Positions 12,864 through 25,739 of a DNA stretch of 63,787 nt are shown one piece after another; position 1 is the stretch's first letter; every line of letters starts with the position of its first letter. Location of the stretch: the NCBI RefSeq assembly GCF_001194135.2, contig NC_068990.1, positions 25,390,740 to 25,454,526 of the forward strand, in the 5' to 3' direction. The translations under genes were made by a program, and so were the position numbers. This DNA is from Octopus bimaculoides. Taxonomy: Eukaryota. The notes under the pieces are model-generated. The model had not been told where the DNA came from, ran no database searches, and saw only the letters and a program-made list of their open reading frames with translations.

Positions 12864-14361
12864 CAGCTGGGTGTGAGTCAGTTAATCTGTTAATTGTTAA
12901 TTAATGAGGTTAACATTTTCGTTAACGATTTAACTCCTAAGTGAACTTTGAAAATCATTATCAGACTAATTAACTTCCGTTACATTTAGCTTCCATTAAC
13001 TCAAAACTCATCTACTGCAGCACCTTGGTCAATGCAGCTTTGGCCCCTTGGTCGATGCAGTTTTGGCAGGTACTGTTAAAAGATTTGCAACCTTCCTGGA
13101 TGATGACGAACACCAAATGGCTGATGCCTTCCACCCCAGGTTTTGCCTCATCTGGTTAGATAGGTATGATAGCACCAAGTTCACCAAGGTGAGGAGAAGC
13201 GTGGAGGATAAGGTCGAGGAGGCCATGAGGCAGTAGTATGCAGAAGTGAGCAGCAACAAGGAAGAGGTGGCGGATGAGTTCTTCAATGGTGTCACCCAAC
13301 AAAAAGAGAGTAGAAACCACAAGCCTCTGAAGGACAAGGCTCAGAATTTAGTTAAGACCTGGCTGGAGACCAACTCCAAAGAGCTACTGACAGATGCTGC
13401 CTTCTTGAGTGAGCAAGTGCTGCAATTGAACATTTATTTTCCATGGGCAAGCACACTTAGAATGCCAAGAGATTGTCCCTCTCTGATGAAAATTTTAGCA
13501 TGTTAATTTTCATGAAGGGCAACATGAATCTCATCAACAAAATGGAGAAGAAGAGGAAAAATTAAATTATGTATGTATCATGTTTTTCATTTTTTTACAG
13601 TGACTTTATCAATAAACTTTTTTTAGTTTAATACTAATATTGTGTTTCATTTGAGTTCTTTTTGCCCTTTCCTGGCTCTAAAAGCCTTTAAAAACCTAAA
13701 AAAGGGCCAAAATTATGAAAACAACCTTTTTTAGGCCCTTTGAAATTTAGAACTATAAAATCAGCATTTTCAGAATTTTTTCTTTTTTTCATGAAAAGAT
13801 GCCTCCCATCATTCTGAAGACTTAAGTGAAAAAGATTGGAAAAAATCCCCATCAAAATAGAGAAATTCTGACTTGCATGGGCCATCTGATCAGAAACTCC
13901 TCCCCCCACCCACTTCCAAAAATTTTGCCTACAAATTTCTTTGTAATCATAATCTACACCATCTGAAAGGTATTTCTTTCAAATTTCTTTAAAAAATACC
14001 TATTTTCCAGAAAGTTATGAGGGGGAAAATGTTGGGTCCTGTGAATTTTCTGAAACTCCTCTCACAACCCCTCGGAAAATGTTTTACAACAAATCTTTAC
14101 ATACACTAAATCCACAGGATATAAGCAATTATTTGATGAAAGTTTCATTAGAAAGTATCCATTTTTCTGGAAGTTATGAGGCAACAAAGTCAGTGGGGTA
14201 TTAAATTGTAGTTATGCCTTTTTCAATAAAAGTTAACGTTAACGGATTAATGTTAACTTCCGTTACATTTTGAAAGAATTAACGCTTAACGGAGTTAATT
14301 TTTTGGCTAACGGATTAATGATTAATGAAGTTAGCTTTCTGATTAATGGTGCCCACCACTG
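12864..14361 (+). mobile_element. hAT DNA transposon remnant with degenerate transposase C-terminus
   Basis: Broken frames 13048-13530 read ...AFHPRF...LLTDAAFLSEQV.../DENFSMLIFMKGN, resembling the hAT C-terminal dimerisation region; right end RC CAGTGGTGGGC; both ends rich in GTTAAC subterminal motifs; TSD not preserved. Confidence 0.65.
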
Positions 14362-14572
14362 TATATACACATATACATACACCTGTCAGTGCAAGTGCCA
14401 CTTAAAAAGCACCCAGTCCACACTGTAAAGTGGTTGGTGTTTGGAAGGGCATCCAGCTGTAAAAACCTTACCAAAACAGTGACAGAAATCTAGTGCAGGT
14501 TTCTGCCTGACCGGCTCCTGTCAAACCGTCCCACCCATGCCAGCCTGCAAGGCAGATGTTAAATGATGATGA

Positions 14573-14610
<38 letters not shown>

Positions 14611-15289
14611 CAAATAACAAAAGACTGATAGTGATTCACTATGAGGGTTACTTTCTCCTATTTACCAGTTATTTCTACCTTTATACAATGAATAGGATAC
14701 TAATATGAGCCAAAGAGGGACTTGCTAGAAATACCAACCAAATCACACACTACCACATTTCAAAGAGAGTAAGTGAAAGACAGAGATTGAATAATGTTTC
14801 TGCAGTCATGCTGAACTTGAAAATGAGACAGGATGGTCATGAAAGGAATACCTATGATCATAGTGCTGCTCAATCAGAGTTGATACGGCACTAAACAGGC
14901 TACTACTATTTTATGTTTCTGAATGCTAAATTCCATTTATTAAAAAGCCAGTTGCTAATTGGGAGATATACTCATAAATGCAAACTAATGGCTTTGACTC
15001 ATTAATTTGCTACATGTCACGTCTAATTTATTTTGTCTGCAATTACAACTTATATATCAATATCAGTTTCAACCATTGAAGGTTTTCAGACAAACGCAAG
15101 CAGTCATTGAGCAGATATGAATGCATATATATGTTGGTGCATAGTGCAGCAAGAGCCAGCATATCTCTCTGTGTATGTGTGTGTACATAATCCACCCACC
15201 CACACACACACATATGGCTTCTGATGTGAGTCGTGCAACTCAAAACGTCTGTTCAAGGAGTAGGGCTTGTATTTTTGTGTGTGTCTCTA

Positions 15290-15338
<49 letters not shown>

Positions 15339-15786
15339 ATACACACACACAGATGTGTGTGTGTTCATATGTTTTCTAGCATTTGTTATTTATGATGATT
15401 ACATATAACGCAAGCAAATGCTTTGTGTAACCAGCTGTTATATAAGTTCCTGTTTTATTTTATCAAATTTCTCATCAATGAAGAAAAAGATTGTTTCTAA
15501 TCTAGAGACAATACTGTTTCATCAGAATTTAGATAAAAATCAAAGCAAGGTCGTCTTGTTTGCATGTACTCAATACAAATGTAAAATGCAGAAGTTTATT
15601 TAAGATGGTCTACAATAACAGGCTTAAATAAGCTAGATGTATATGTATCATCATTATCAAATGTCCATTTTTCAATGCTTGCATGGGTCCAATGTAATTC
15701 GCTGAGGCAGATTTTCCACATTTGGATATTCTCTCTGTCACCAAAACTCACATCTTTCAAAATAAGGTAATATTTTCCGATGATCT

Positions 15787-16000
15787 AAGGTGGCGAGCTG
15801 GCAGAAATGTTAACACACCAGGCGAAATACTTAGCAGTATTTCATCTGTCTTTACGTTCTGAGTTCAAATTTTGCTGAGGCTGACTTTGCCTTTCATCCT
15901 TTCAGGGTCGATAAACTAAGTACCAGTTGTGTACTGGGATAGATCTAATCGACTAGTCCCCTCCCCCAAAATTTCAGGCCTTGTAGCCTAGAGTAGAAAA
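15787..16000 (+). mobile_element. SINE family A, near full length
   Basis: GGTGGCGAGCTGGCAGAA head, GAGTTCAAAT B-box, family tail. Confidence 0.8.
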
Positions 16001-16289
16001 GAATATTTTCCTATGGTTAGACATGTTTTGCATAGAAGACTGGAAATAAATAATGCTACTTGTATCACAAAATTATTACAAAATGACAACACAAAAGTGC
16101 ACATGCACACACACACACACACACACATACACACACACACACACACATGATGGGCTTCTTTCAATTTCCATCTCCCAAATCTACTCATAAGGCTTTGGTT
16201 GTACCAGGATTATAGCCCAAGGTTTCACACAGTGGAACTGAACCCAAGACCATATGGTTGGGCATTAAACTTCTTAACCATACCATACC

Positions 16290-16351
<62 letters not shown>

Positions 16352-16389
16352 TAACAACACACATGTATGTGTATGCATGCATATGTGTG

Positions 16390-16427
<38 letters not shown>

Positions 16428-16782
16428 CACACACAAACACACTCACACAAATGTATGTATCCACTCACACACATACATACAGAGTAAGCTCTCATATCTA
16501 GCTCAACAACTGGGACCAGAGTGTTGCCAGATAAATGAATTTTCTGGATATCGAATCATCACTTAAATTATCACAGGACCCAATGTAACTCATTAGAATT
16601 CTATACGTACATCATTATCAGCATTAATATTTTGAATATTGTATTAACGAGAGGAATAAGAAGAATTATAAGTATAATCTAAGTAAAGAACAAGTTTTAT
16701 TAACTATTAAAATACAGATTCTGTAAATGCAATAAAACAAAATACTGTCCTGTACATTGAGAAATAATGATCCAGTTTAGAT

Positions 16783-16948
16783 ACAGTAGAAACTTTCCTT
16801 TTTTTAATGGCAGTTAATTAGTTAACACAAATTAATACAAATTCTCTTGACTCTAATTAACACCACATTTGAAAAAAAAAATTTTCTGGGTGCTGGTTGC
16901 TGAAGAGTTTTGGTTATTTGAGTACCAGATAAGAGGGAGTTTACTGTG
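16783..16948. mobile_element. Putative pogo/Tigger-like MITE
   Basis: TA|CAGTAGAAACT...GAGTTTACTG imperfect TIRs. Confidence 0.4.
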
Positions 16949-18414
16949 TCATCTTGCCCACTCACCCAGCCCAAGACTTTATATCACTTCACCTGTTCAC
17001 ACCATCCTCAATGTCCCTTGAGGGCATTTTCTGACACATCTCCATCACCATATTTTTCTCTAACACTCGTTATCTTACTCTATTACTAACACTCTCATCT
17101 TACTTTCCAACTCACTCTCCTTTCTACTCTATAAGTAAGACAGCCATATCTGTGCCCTCTCTACCTTAAATCTCCCAACTAGCTCAAAGCCACATGCCCT
17201 CAATACTACTCCCCCTACCTCTCAGTTGAGGGGTTTCTGTCTTACAAGGTACTTGGTGACCCTATTGGTGCTGTTGCCACATAAAATGTACCAGTGCTTG
17301 TGCCATGTAAAAAGCACTGGTTTGGTGCCACGTAGAAAGCACTGGTGATGATGTCATGTAAAAGGCACTGGTGGTGGTGCCACATAGAAAACACTCAGTA
17401 CGCTCTGTGAGGAAGGGTATCCAAAGCAGACAATGGAACCTGGTGTAGCTTCTGGCTTTACTAACTCCTGTCAAACTGTCCAGACCATGTCAACATTGAA
17501 AACAGATGTTAAATGATGATGAGGATGATGATATGTATATATCCAAACACACACTCACATACATGTAAGCACGCGTGGAAAACTTAGGTTTTTCCCTTCA
17601 TTGCTAAATCAAGTTTCATCTGTCCTTCCTTAAAGATGATGAATAACAAATCAGTTGTATTTAACAAAGAAATTTGCAATTATTTGCACTTGAAAAATGT
17701 TGGTGGACATCTTAGAACACAACTAGCTTGCTTATTTACAGGAATGGAACTGATTTTTTCTGCAGGGCAAATATCTTAAAAGGCAAAAAGACTGACAGGT
17801 GTCTAATATTGCAATGAACTGACATGCCTTTAAGCGAAAATGAAGAATTAGAACCAAAATGAGTACACGTTTCATTAGGTTATTCAGTTCCACTCTGATC
17901 TAATCCAATTCTTATTTCTATAACTATACTGGCACTATAATATCTTTCCTTTTTGTATGAACTACTTTCAGTTTATTTGATCTCCACACTTTCACATAAT
18001 ATAATCTTTTTTCAAGTTAAAATTTCAACTTTACTTTGATGCAATTGTAATATTAGGACATTTGCATGTACAAAATAGATTTCAATGTCATTATTTGTTT
18101 AGCTTTTGAAATTTATTTTTCAAATTTCATAAACAGAATAAATAGTTAGACATGAGTAATCATTCTATAAAGGAAGAAAATAAGCCACCAGAAGGCATTG
18201 AGTAAGAGGATTTGAGCCTTTATATGAGTCAGGTTATTTATGCATGAAGATATTCCTTGCCATCTTAGTACACATGTACTACATTCCTGTTCACAAGCAG
18301 TTAGCTTCTGTACAGGAATGGAAACACTTTTGTCTTTTGAGATTAAACCCTAAAAACACAAGGAGACTGATAAGAATTTAATTATAGCAACAACACTAAA
18401 TATTATTATAGTAT

Positions 18415-18830
18415 CAAATTTTGGCACAAGCCAGCAATTTTAAGTGGAGGGGCAAGTTGAATATATTGACCCCAGTACTTGACTAGCACTTACTTTGTTG
18501 ACCACCCTCCTCCAAAAAATAAAAGACTAGGTTGACCTTGGCAGAATTTGAACTTAGAATATAAGGAACCAGAAGAAGGAAATGTCACTATGCATTTTGT
18601 CCAATTTGCTAATGATTCTGCCAGGTTACTGAAGAATAATAATAGTAATCGTTTCTACTATAGGCACAAGGCCTGAAATTTGAGGGGAGGGGCTAGTTGG
18701 TTACATTGACCCCAGTTTGTAACTGGTACTTTTTCCATTGATCCTAAAAGGATGAAAGGTAGAATTGACTTCAGTGAGATTTTGAAATCAGAATGTAGAG
18801 CTAGAAAAATACCACAAAGTATTTTTTCTG
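18415..18830 (-). mobile_element. Two tandem SINE-A copies, decayed
   Basis: Family core twice, separated by a short AAT tract. Confidence 0.7.
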
Positions 18831-19029
18831 TGCCAATTCACCATAATAATAATAATAATAAATAATGCTTTCATTTATTTACCACAAGGGTGAAGGATGA
18901 AGGGGACAATACAAAGACAGACATAAAGTGTGGGGGTTTACATATAAATAAATGATAAAAAAAAAGGAAAGAAAGTAAGTAAGTATACACTGAAAAAGAA
19001 GGGACATATGCATAGCAGACAAAGGTTAA

Positions 19030-19400
19030 CAAAAAAAAGTGTCAGGGAGGATGATAGAGATGTGGCCCTCCTGATACAGGAATGGGCAACATCCCCTCTG
19101 GGGATAATCGAGGAACCCCACTGTCAAAAATTTCCTTGAAACCCCAAGAGCAACTGCCCTCTCCAATTCCTTCTCTCTGACTCACAGATCTACACTTAGA
19201 GAAATACCATCCACTCTTGCCATTTTCACAACTTTCACCCACCTTTCAATAAACTCACTCGAGGACAGCACTTCCCTCGCCACTCTCAATTTCCTTTTCA
19301 AATGAAACTTGAAGTCAGTGAGAGTTCTACCAAAGAGGAATGGATCTTTCAGCCTTGTCCACCAAACATCCTCTTTCGTCACAGGCACCAGGAAAAGGCA
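19030..19400 (-). mobile_element. Tx1/L1-type LINE 3' end (ORF2 C-terminus plus 3' UTR), decayed
   Basis: Minus frame KEDVWWTRLK...FKFHLKRKLRVAREVLSSSEFIERWVKVVKMARVDG followed by a GC-rich UTR and T-run; clade assignment from recall only. Confidence 0.55.
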
Positions 19401-21033
19401 ACATCTAAGACAACTTGTTACAAGTTGCCTTAGATGTTAGGATTCTTTTCTTTTCCAACAGTCTAATCTGTTGAGTGTATATGAATAATAACCATAATAA
19501 ATATGGGTGCAAGGCCAGTACTTTTAGTGGGAAAGGATTAGTCAATTACATCAACTCTAGTACTTCACTGGTACTTTATTTTGTCAACCCTAAAAGGCAA
19601 AGTTGGCCACAACAGGATTTGAACTCAGAACTTAAAATGCCTGAAGAAAAAAATACCGCTATGCATTTTGTTTAATGTGCTTATGAATCTGCCAGCTTTC
19701 TTGAGAGTTTCTTACAACCTCTTGTCACTGTGTGTGTGTGTATGTGTGTGTGTGCAGATATATATGTTGAATATGTGGTGAAGTTAAGTCGGTATGTATA
19801 CATTTTTTTGCTGCCTTTTGATCTTTCAGGGGGCTTTGTATAATACAAATACTGTCTGTACTCGAAGAATGGATGTCTGCTCTTCAGCGACATTTCTCAA
19901 TGTTCACCGTGATGACTGGATGCTATTACTGACTAAATTTATGCTGTACTCATCTCAGCTAAAACAAGTTTCAGCAGATTTTGTGGCATTTGAATTGACT
20001 GGGGGATTGTTATAATAACAGATATAATGCTGTTGTCTCTATTGAAGATTCACATGTTAACACAGGAAGAACTAAAAGAACTATTTCCGTACGTCTGTCT
20101 GAAGGGAGTGGGATAAGAAGGAGAAAAAAAACAAGGATTAAAAGGAAAAAAAAAAAAACGAAGATTAAAAGGAAAAAAAATATGGAAATAAGGAATAGTG
20201 AGTTAGAAAAATAAAAGATAAAAAAAAATTAATGCAAAAGATTCAAAGGAAAACAGCAAATGAATAATAAAAGCTTTAGAAATGAAAGGTGATTTAATGA
20301 GAAGGAAAAAGGAGAAGAAATAAAGAGATAGCTTGTCTCAGATATGAATAAATGAATATCGAGAGAAATGAAAATGAAAGGAAATCAGGCGTGTTTTGGG
20401 TAAGATGCTTCATTTACAAAATGTTTTGGCAATTTTTTTACAACTAAAGCTTAATTGGAAAAGAGATACAGCTTATCAATCCAAAAGTATGTCAAGGCAA
20501 AGACATTGATATAGAAACTCGATGCTAGACATATTCCTCTCCTTGTTTGAAGACCTTTTAGCCGTAACCACTATTAGTGGCTACCATACTCCTTTGATGC
20601 TGATCAGTCACTCTGTCATTATAAGAATTTAGAAACTTAGAGAGCTTTGAAGTAAATTATTTTTAATGACAGAACTCAAAGTAGATAAAGTTATAAATAA
20701 TAGTGTGACCATTACCCACTAATTCACTTCATACCTCCCAAAGTCACTAAATTCTCTTAGTGTGAACATCTTACAATTCTCACAGGTAAGACTGAAGTTT
20801 CAAAAATGGATGGAAAAGATTTGAAGAGCTGCTTTGTTGTAATGGTTAGCATGTCTGTCATGTTTACAGATGACAGTTTGAGTTCCACATACAGTTTTCA
20901 ACTTTTTCCTATTCATGTAGAATATTTATTTAAAAAATTTTTTTTATTGCCCACAGGGGACTAAACATAGAGGGGGCAAACAAGGACAGACAAAAGATTA
21001 AGTTGATTACATCGATCATTATATATAAAAAGG

Positions 21034-21075
<42 letters not shown>

Positions 21076-21896
21076 TACAAATAAAGGTTACAAACCTCAT
21101 TAAGGGATATCAAAAACCTATGCTTGGTTACCTATGCAAAGAATGTTGAATATTACAGTTAATACTCAACTGCAATGTAACTATATATACTGTGGTTTAT
21201 ATATATATTTATTTATTATAATAAGATAAGAAAATAGAGAGATAATTAATAGATTATTATTTATTAATCAAAAATTATTTATTGTGAATCTTTTAATTAA
21301 TAAATAATAATTTATTAATTATCTCTCTATTTTCTTATTTTATTATATATATGCATATATATTCATGTGTGTATCTGAGTTTGTACCCACCACTGCTAAG
21401 CAACAGGTGTTGGTTTATTCATGTCCCTGTATCTTTGTAGTTCAGCAAAAGAGACCGATAGAATAAGTACCAGACTTAAAAAATAAGTTCTGGAGTAAAT
21501 TTATTTGACTAAATCCTTCAAGGTGGTGCCCCAGAATGGCTGCCGGCTTAAACAAGAAACAAGACTTAAACAAGGAAAAGCTAAAATAAATTTTAAAAAG
21601 GAACAAGGAAGTAAAAAAATGGTTAATAAAAACAGGATGAAGTTTCAATTATATTTTATATGCCATATGGTTGTTTTGTCTAAAAATACATATGTACACT
21701 TTCACAATGGTTGGTTAAGGTTAAAAATACACAGGCACTGCAACAAAATCGAATATTCTCAGACCACCAGTATTAAGTATTCCTTACAAAAGTTTGCATT
21801 ACAAAAATATTATTAATTTGCTTAATTCAGCTTAAACTGATATTTCCGATCCTCAGAGCTGGAGTTTTGAGAGAAAATATAATTGCTATTCATTAA

Positions 21897-23480
21897 TCCG
21901 GTGCAACTCTGCTACATTTTGGGTTTATGTAAGCTGGAGTAAGGGCATTTCTTTTTTTAATTGTTTTGCATTTTTAATGAAATTCTTGCTCAATAATTAA
22001 TAATATTGATTTTTAGACTGTTTATTTTCGTTGTAGTATTTTTGGCCTCATTGGCCATACATCTCTTGTTGTATGATTGAAAACACAACTGATGATTGAT
22101 TTTTGTTAAACAAAAAAAAAAATGTAGGAAGTATGGGATCAGCAGGAAGAACCATTCCAAAAATAGACCAGGACAGTCATGATGTGATTGACATAGAAAT
22201 TGTTTTCATTTCAAACTAACATTCAGGCTTCATGTTCATTGAACTAGTAAACAAAGATTGTGTAGAAGAGAAAATAGGACTATTATAGGACAAATGATAA
22301 TGATTTTGGTAGGAAACAGGTTGAGATATGTACAAATGTACTGTATTTGTAAACTCACCAAAAGGGAGGAGAAATTATTGATAGTACTGTATGAGGAATT
22401 TAGTGAACATATGTAACCAAAATTGAATGTAATGTTTAAAAGTCAGAAGTTACAATGTAAGACCCAAGCTAAAACTGAACGTTGGGCAGTTCATGATAGC
22501 ATCAAGAGTAGGAGTGAAAGAGTGATAAACCAGCGATGCATTGGATTATATTTGGATTAAATTCCAGAGAAAGTTTAGGAATGTTTGGAGTGAATTATAT
22601 AAACCTGAAGATACAACACCAAGGCAAAGTGTAGTGATCTTCAAAGAATGTTTTTGAGTGATAGTGATTGTGAAAGAAAGATAACCATTATTCACTGAGT
22701 AATGTTTGAAAACAAACTCAGAGGCAATTCAGAAATGTTTAGGCTTAAAAATTTGAATGAATTATGTAGATTGTTAGGCATGAAACTAAAGCAAGGTGGA
22801 GTGATCTTCAGAAAATGCATTTGGGGCAGACAATCATACATTTGTCCTATGATAGTTTTATCTTTAGATTAGCCATGCAGCATTGTATGAATTTCTTTTT
22901 GGTTTTCTTTTGTGCATGCTTCCTGTTCATACTGATGTGGGGGCCATTGCCAAGATGCACTTTAAATGTAATCGAATGGTGGCAATGACCTCCTAAAATG
23001 GCCATAGAGGTATTTAAATTGATGTTGTGGAACTCATTTTTGCTCCTGGACTCTAACCTTCCATGCTTTTAAGAACTGAACTTGTGTGTGGAGAGTAAAA
23101 AGACTTTTTAAAAAAAACTTTAGTTGATTGATATTTTATCTTATATTAATTTTTTTTATTTAGTTTTTTAGTAGTATGACATCCTTTGGAATTTTTAGTC
23201 ATTAGTATTTACCTTTTTGATAGGCTGTTCTGTATATTTGTATTTTATTCACATATATATTTTTACCTTGTTTTTGTATATGTATATTTTTATATGTGTG
23301 AAAACCATGGTAATATTTATATATGATAGAATGTTTGAGGTATGGTGTTATATATAAAGTCGTTGATTTGAATCTGATGTTTGTTCTATAATCAATATTT
23401 CTTTATCTCTGTCTCAATGTTGAGCGCATCTTTTTTACAGTCTCATAAATCCTTTTGTTTCCATAAAAAGAGACAAAATT
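21897..23480 (+). other. Possible 3' UTR-like, repeat-poor segment
   Basis: About 1.6 kb without SINEs or microsatellites, becoming strongly U-rich with many UGUA motifs on the plus strand; composition only. Confidence 0.3.
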
Positions 23481-23490
23481 ATTTCTTGTC

Positions 23491-23549
<59 letters not shown>

Positions 23550-23767
23550 AGGTTAGCCTGTAGATCACGCTAACAGAAACAGCAGTAAGTTGAGATTGTC
23601 TTTTTTTAATTAATTAATAAATGATAATTGATGTAAATCAGTTGTTATTCATCAATTTTATCTCCATTTTCTGCTTTCCTTGAATATTGATAAACCTTAG
23701 TTTATTCTTGTCATTATCTCTCATTTATGAGCAGTAATACCAATGCTCATGATTAAATAAATACCAA

Positions 23768-24190
23768 TCCCTCTGGAATAAAGTTAAAATAATAGACAGA
23801 GAACACCACTGGAAAATACGGAAACTAAAAGAAGCAGCACATATGCTAGAACACAACAACCTCCTAAGCAGACTGAGTTCAGATATGAGTAGCATATGGG
23901 AACCAGTATTAAGGAAGGATAGGAGAATATTAGATTTATAAGCCCTAAAATTCACTCCATAATTGCCCATGGCTAAGAGTGCGGGCTACTAACCCCAAGA
24001 TTCCAAGTTCAATTCCAGGCAGTGACCTGAATTATAATAATAATGATAACATCGAAAAATACCTTAGGAATGAGAACCCAGGTTCGAAATTTCCCCCAAG
24101 ACACCTGATGAAGGCTGGAGGGTATATCAGCCAAACCGTTGTGTTAACAACAAACAAGATGAGGACAAATATCCGTCAAATGTAAATAAT
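23768..24190 (+). mobile_element. Penelope-like element 3' end: GIY-YIG endonuclease C-terminus plus terminal repeat (pLTR)
   Basis: Frame WNKVKIIDREHHWKIRKLKEAAHML...WEPVL*, typical of the Penelope EN tail; downstream terminal repeat homologous to 49056-49315. Confidence 0.8.
24100..24145 (+). ncRNA. Degenerate minimal hammerhead ribozyme in the Penelope pLTR
   Basis: GACAC-CTGATGA-A-GGCTG-loop-CAGCC-AAACCGTT-GTGTT; the GAAAC core is mutated to AAACC. Confidence 0.6.
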
Positions 24191-24708
24191 GCAAAGATGA
24201 ATATTTATCCCTTTTTACCAGTATGAAGGTCAAGATATATATATATCTATGAGAGAGAGAGAGATGAACAAATGTAAGAAACGAGAACATAACACAAGTA
24301 CTCAGAATTGTGAATATTTAATAACAGGTTGACTGAGATCCACATTATTCAAAGTTTCATAGATACAAATGAGCATCTAATATTGTACATCTGAAAATGT
24401 CGACATTCAACAGTATATATGAATCTCCTTGAGCCTCTATTTCTCTGTCTCTCTATGCCAGCCCCACTGCCCCGACTAGCTCTTGTGCCTGTAGCGCATG
24501 AAAAGCACCATCCAAACGTGGCCGATGCCAGTGCTGCCTGACTGACTCCTGTGTTGCTGGCACATAAAAAGCACCGTTAGGAAGGGCATTCAGCTGTAGA
24601 AACATTGCCACATCAGATTGGAGCCTGGTGTGGCCTCCTGGCTTGCCAGTCCCCTGTCAAACCGTCCAACCCATGCCAGCATGGAAAACAGACGTTGAAC
24701 GATGATGA

Positions 24709-24804
<96 letters not shown>

Positions 24805-25266
24805 ATACATGCATTTGTGTATGTATATACATGTATATACATATACACATTCATATTCTTGAGTGTATAACCATTATCATCCTGGGGAATTTCATCTCGT
24901 TCTACTTTACCTAACATCCAAAATTATCACTCAAGGGAGAGCTATATTCCCCATTGGATCGTATCAGAAAGATTCAGATTGGTGGTTGTTGTCACTGGTG
25001 CCGGTTTGTGGTGAAGGTTGATAGTTGTGGTGTTGTCGTTGGTGTATTTGATGTTGTGCCAGACTTGTGTGTTGATAGCTAATCTATTTGAGTTTGTCTT
25101 GTGGAAATATACACCCTAAAACATATAGAACTATATACCGAAAGTGAATGTGTAAGACTGCATCAATGCACAAAATGCACATATGTCCATCATACATGCT
25201 GGTACACCACATTTCCACACATGCACATGTGCATATATACACCTGGGTATATGGGCTTGCAGACTG

Positions 25267-25336
<70 letters not shown>

Positions 25337-25739
25337 ATGTGTGTGCATAACTGTGTGCGTGCGTGCGTGCGCGCACATGTGTACGTATGTATGTGTGTGC
25401 ATATATAAGCATATGTGTGTGTGTGTGCGCGCGCATGTATGTGTCTGTGTGTATATACCTGTGTTTTGTGTTTGTGTGTACATAAGTGTGTGTGTGTGCA
25501 CACGCATGCATATTTGCCTGTGTGGTACGTGTGTGTGTGTGTGCATATATGTGTCTGAAAGCTGTCAGTTTCCAGAATTACATAGGCCTATATATCCTGT
25601 CAAGCAAATTTATAAGATGTAAATTTGTAAGATTGAAAATATATACACAACTATGTGTAATGATACACTTTTATTGGCTAATTAATGACGTGAAAATCAT
25701 TTTCACTATTAATCAATGAAGAGTTATTAGCAATTAAAG

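Noticed and set aside
19909-20102. C box (GTGATGA) and D box (CTGA) suggesting a snoRNA; similar C boxes at 7381 and on the minus strand near 16560
   Set aside because: No terminal stem or identifiable rRNA/snRNA guide, and the others lack a D box; such motifs are expected by chance
24911-25079. Thr/Asn-rich, mucin-like minus-strand segment
   Set aside because: All three frames hit stops before the GTAAAG donor
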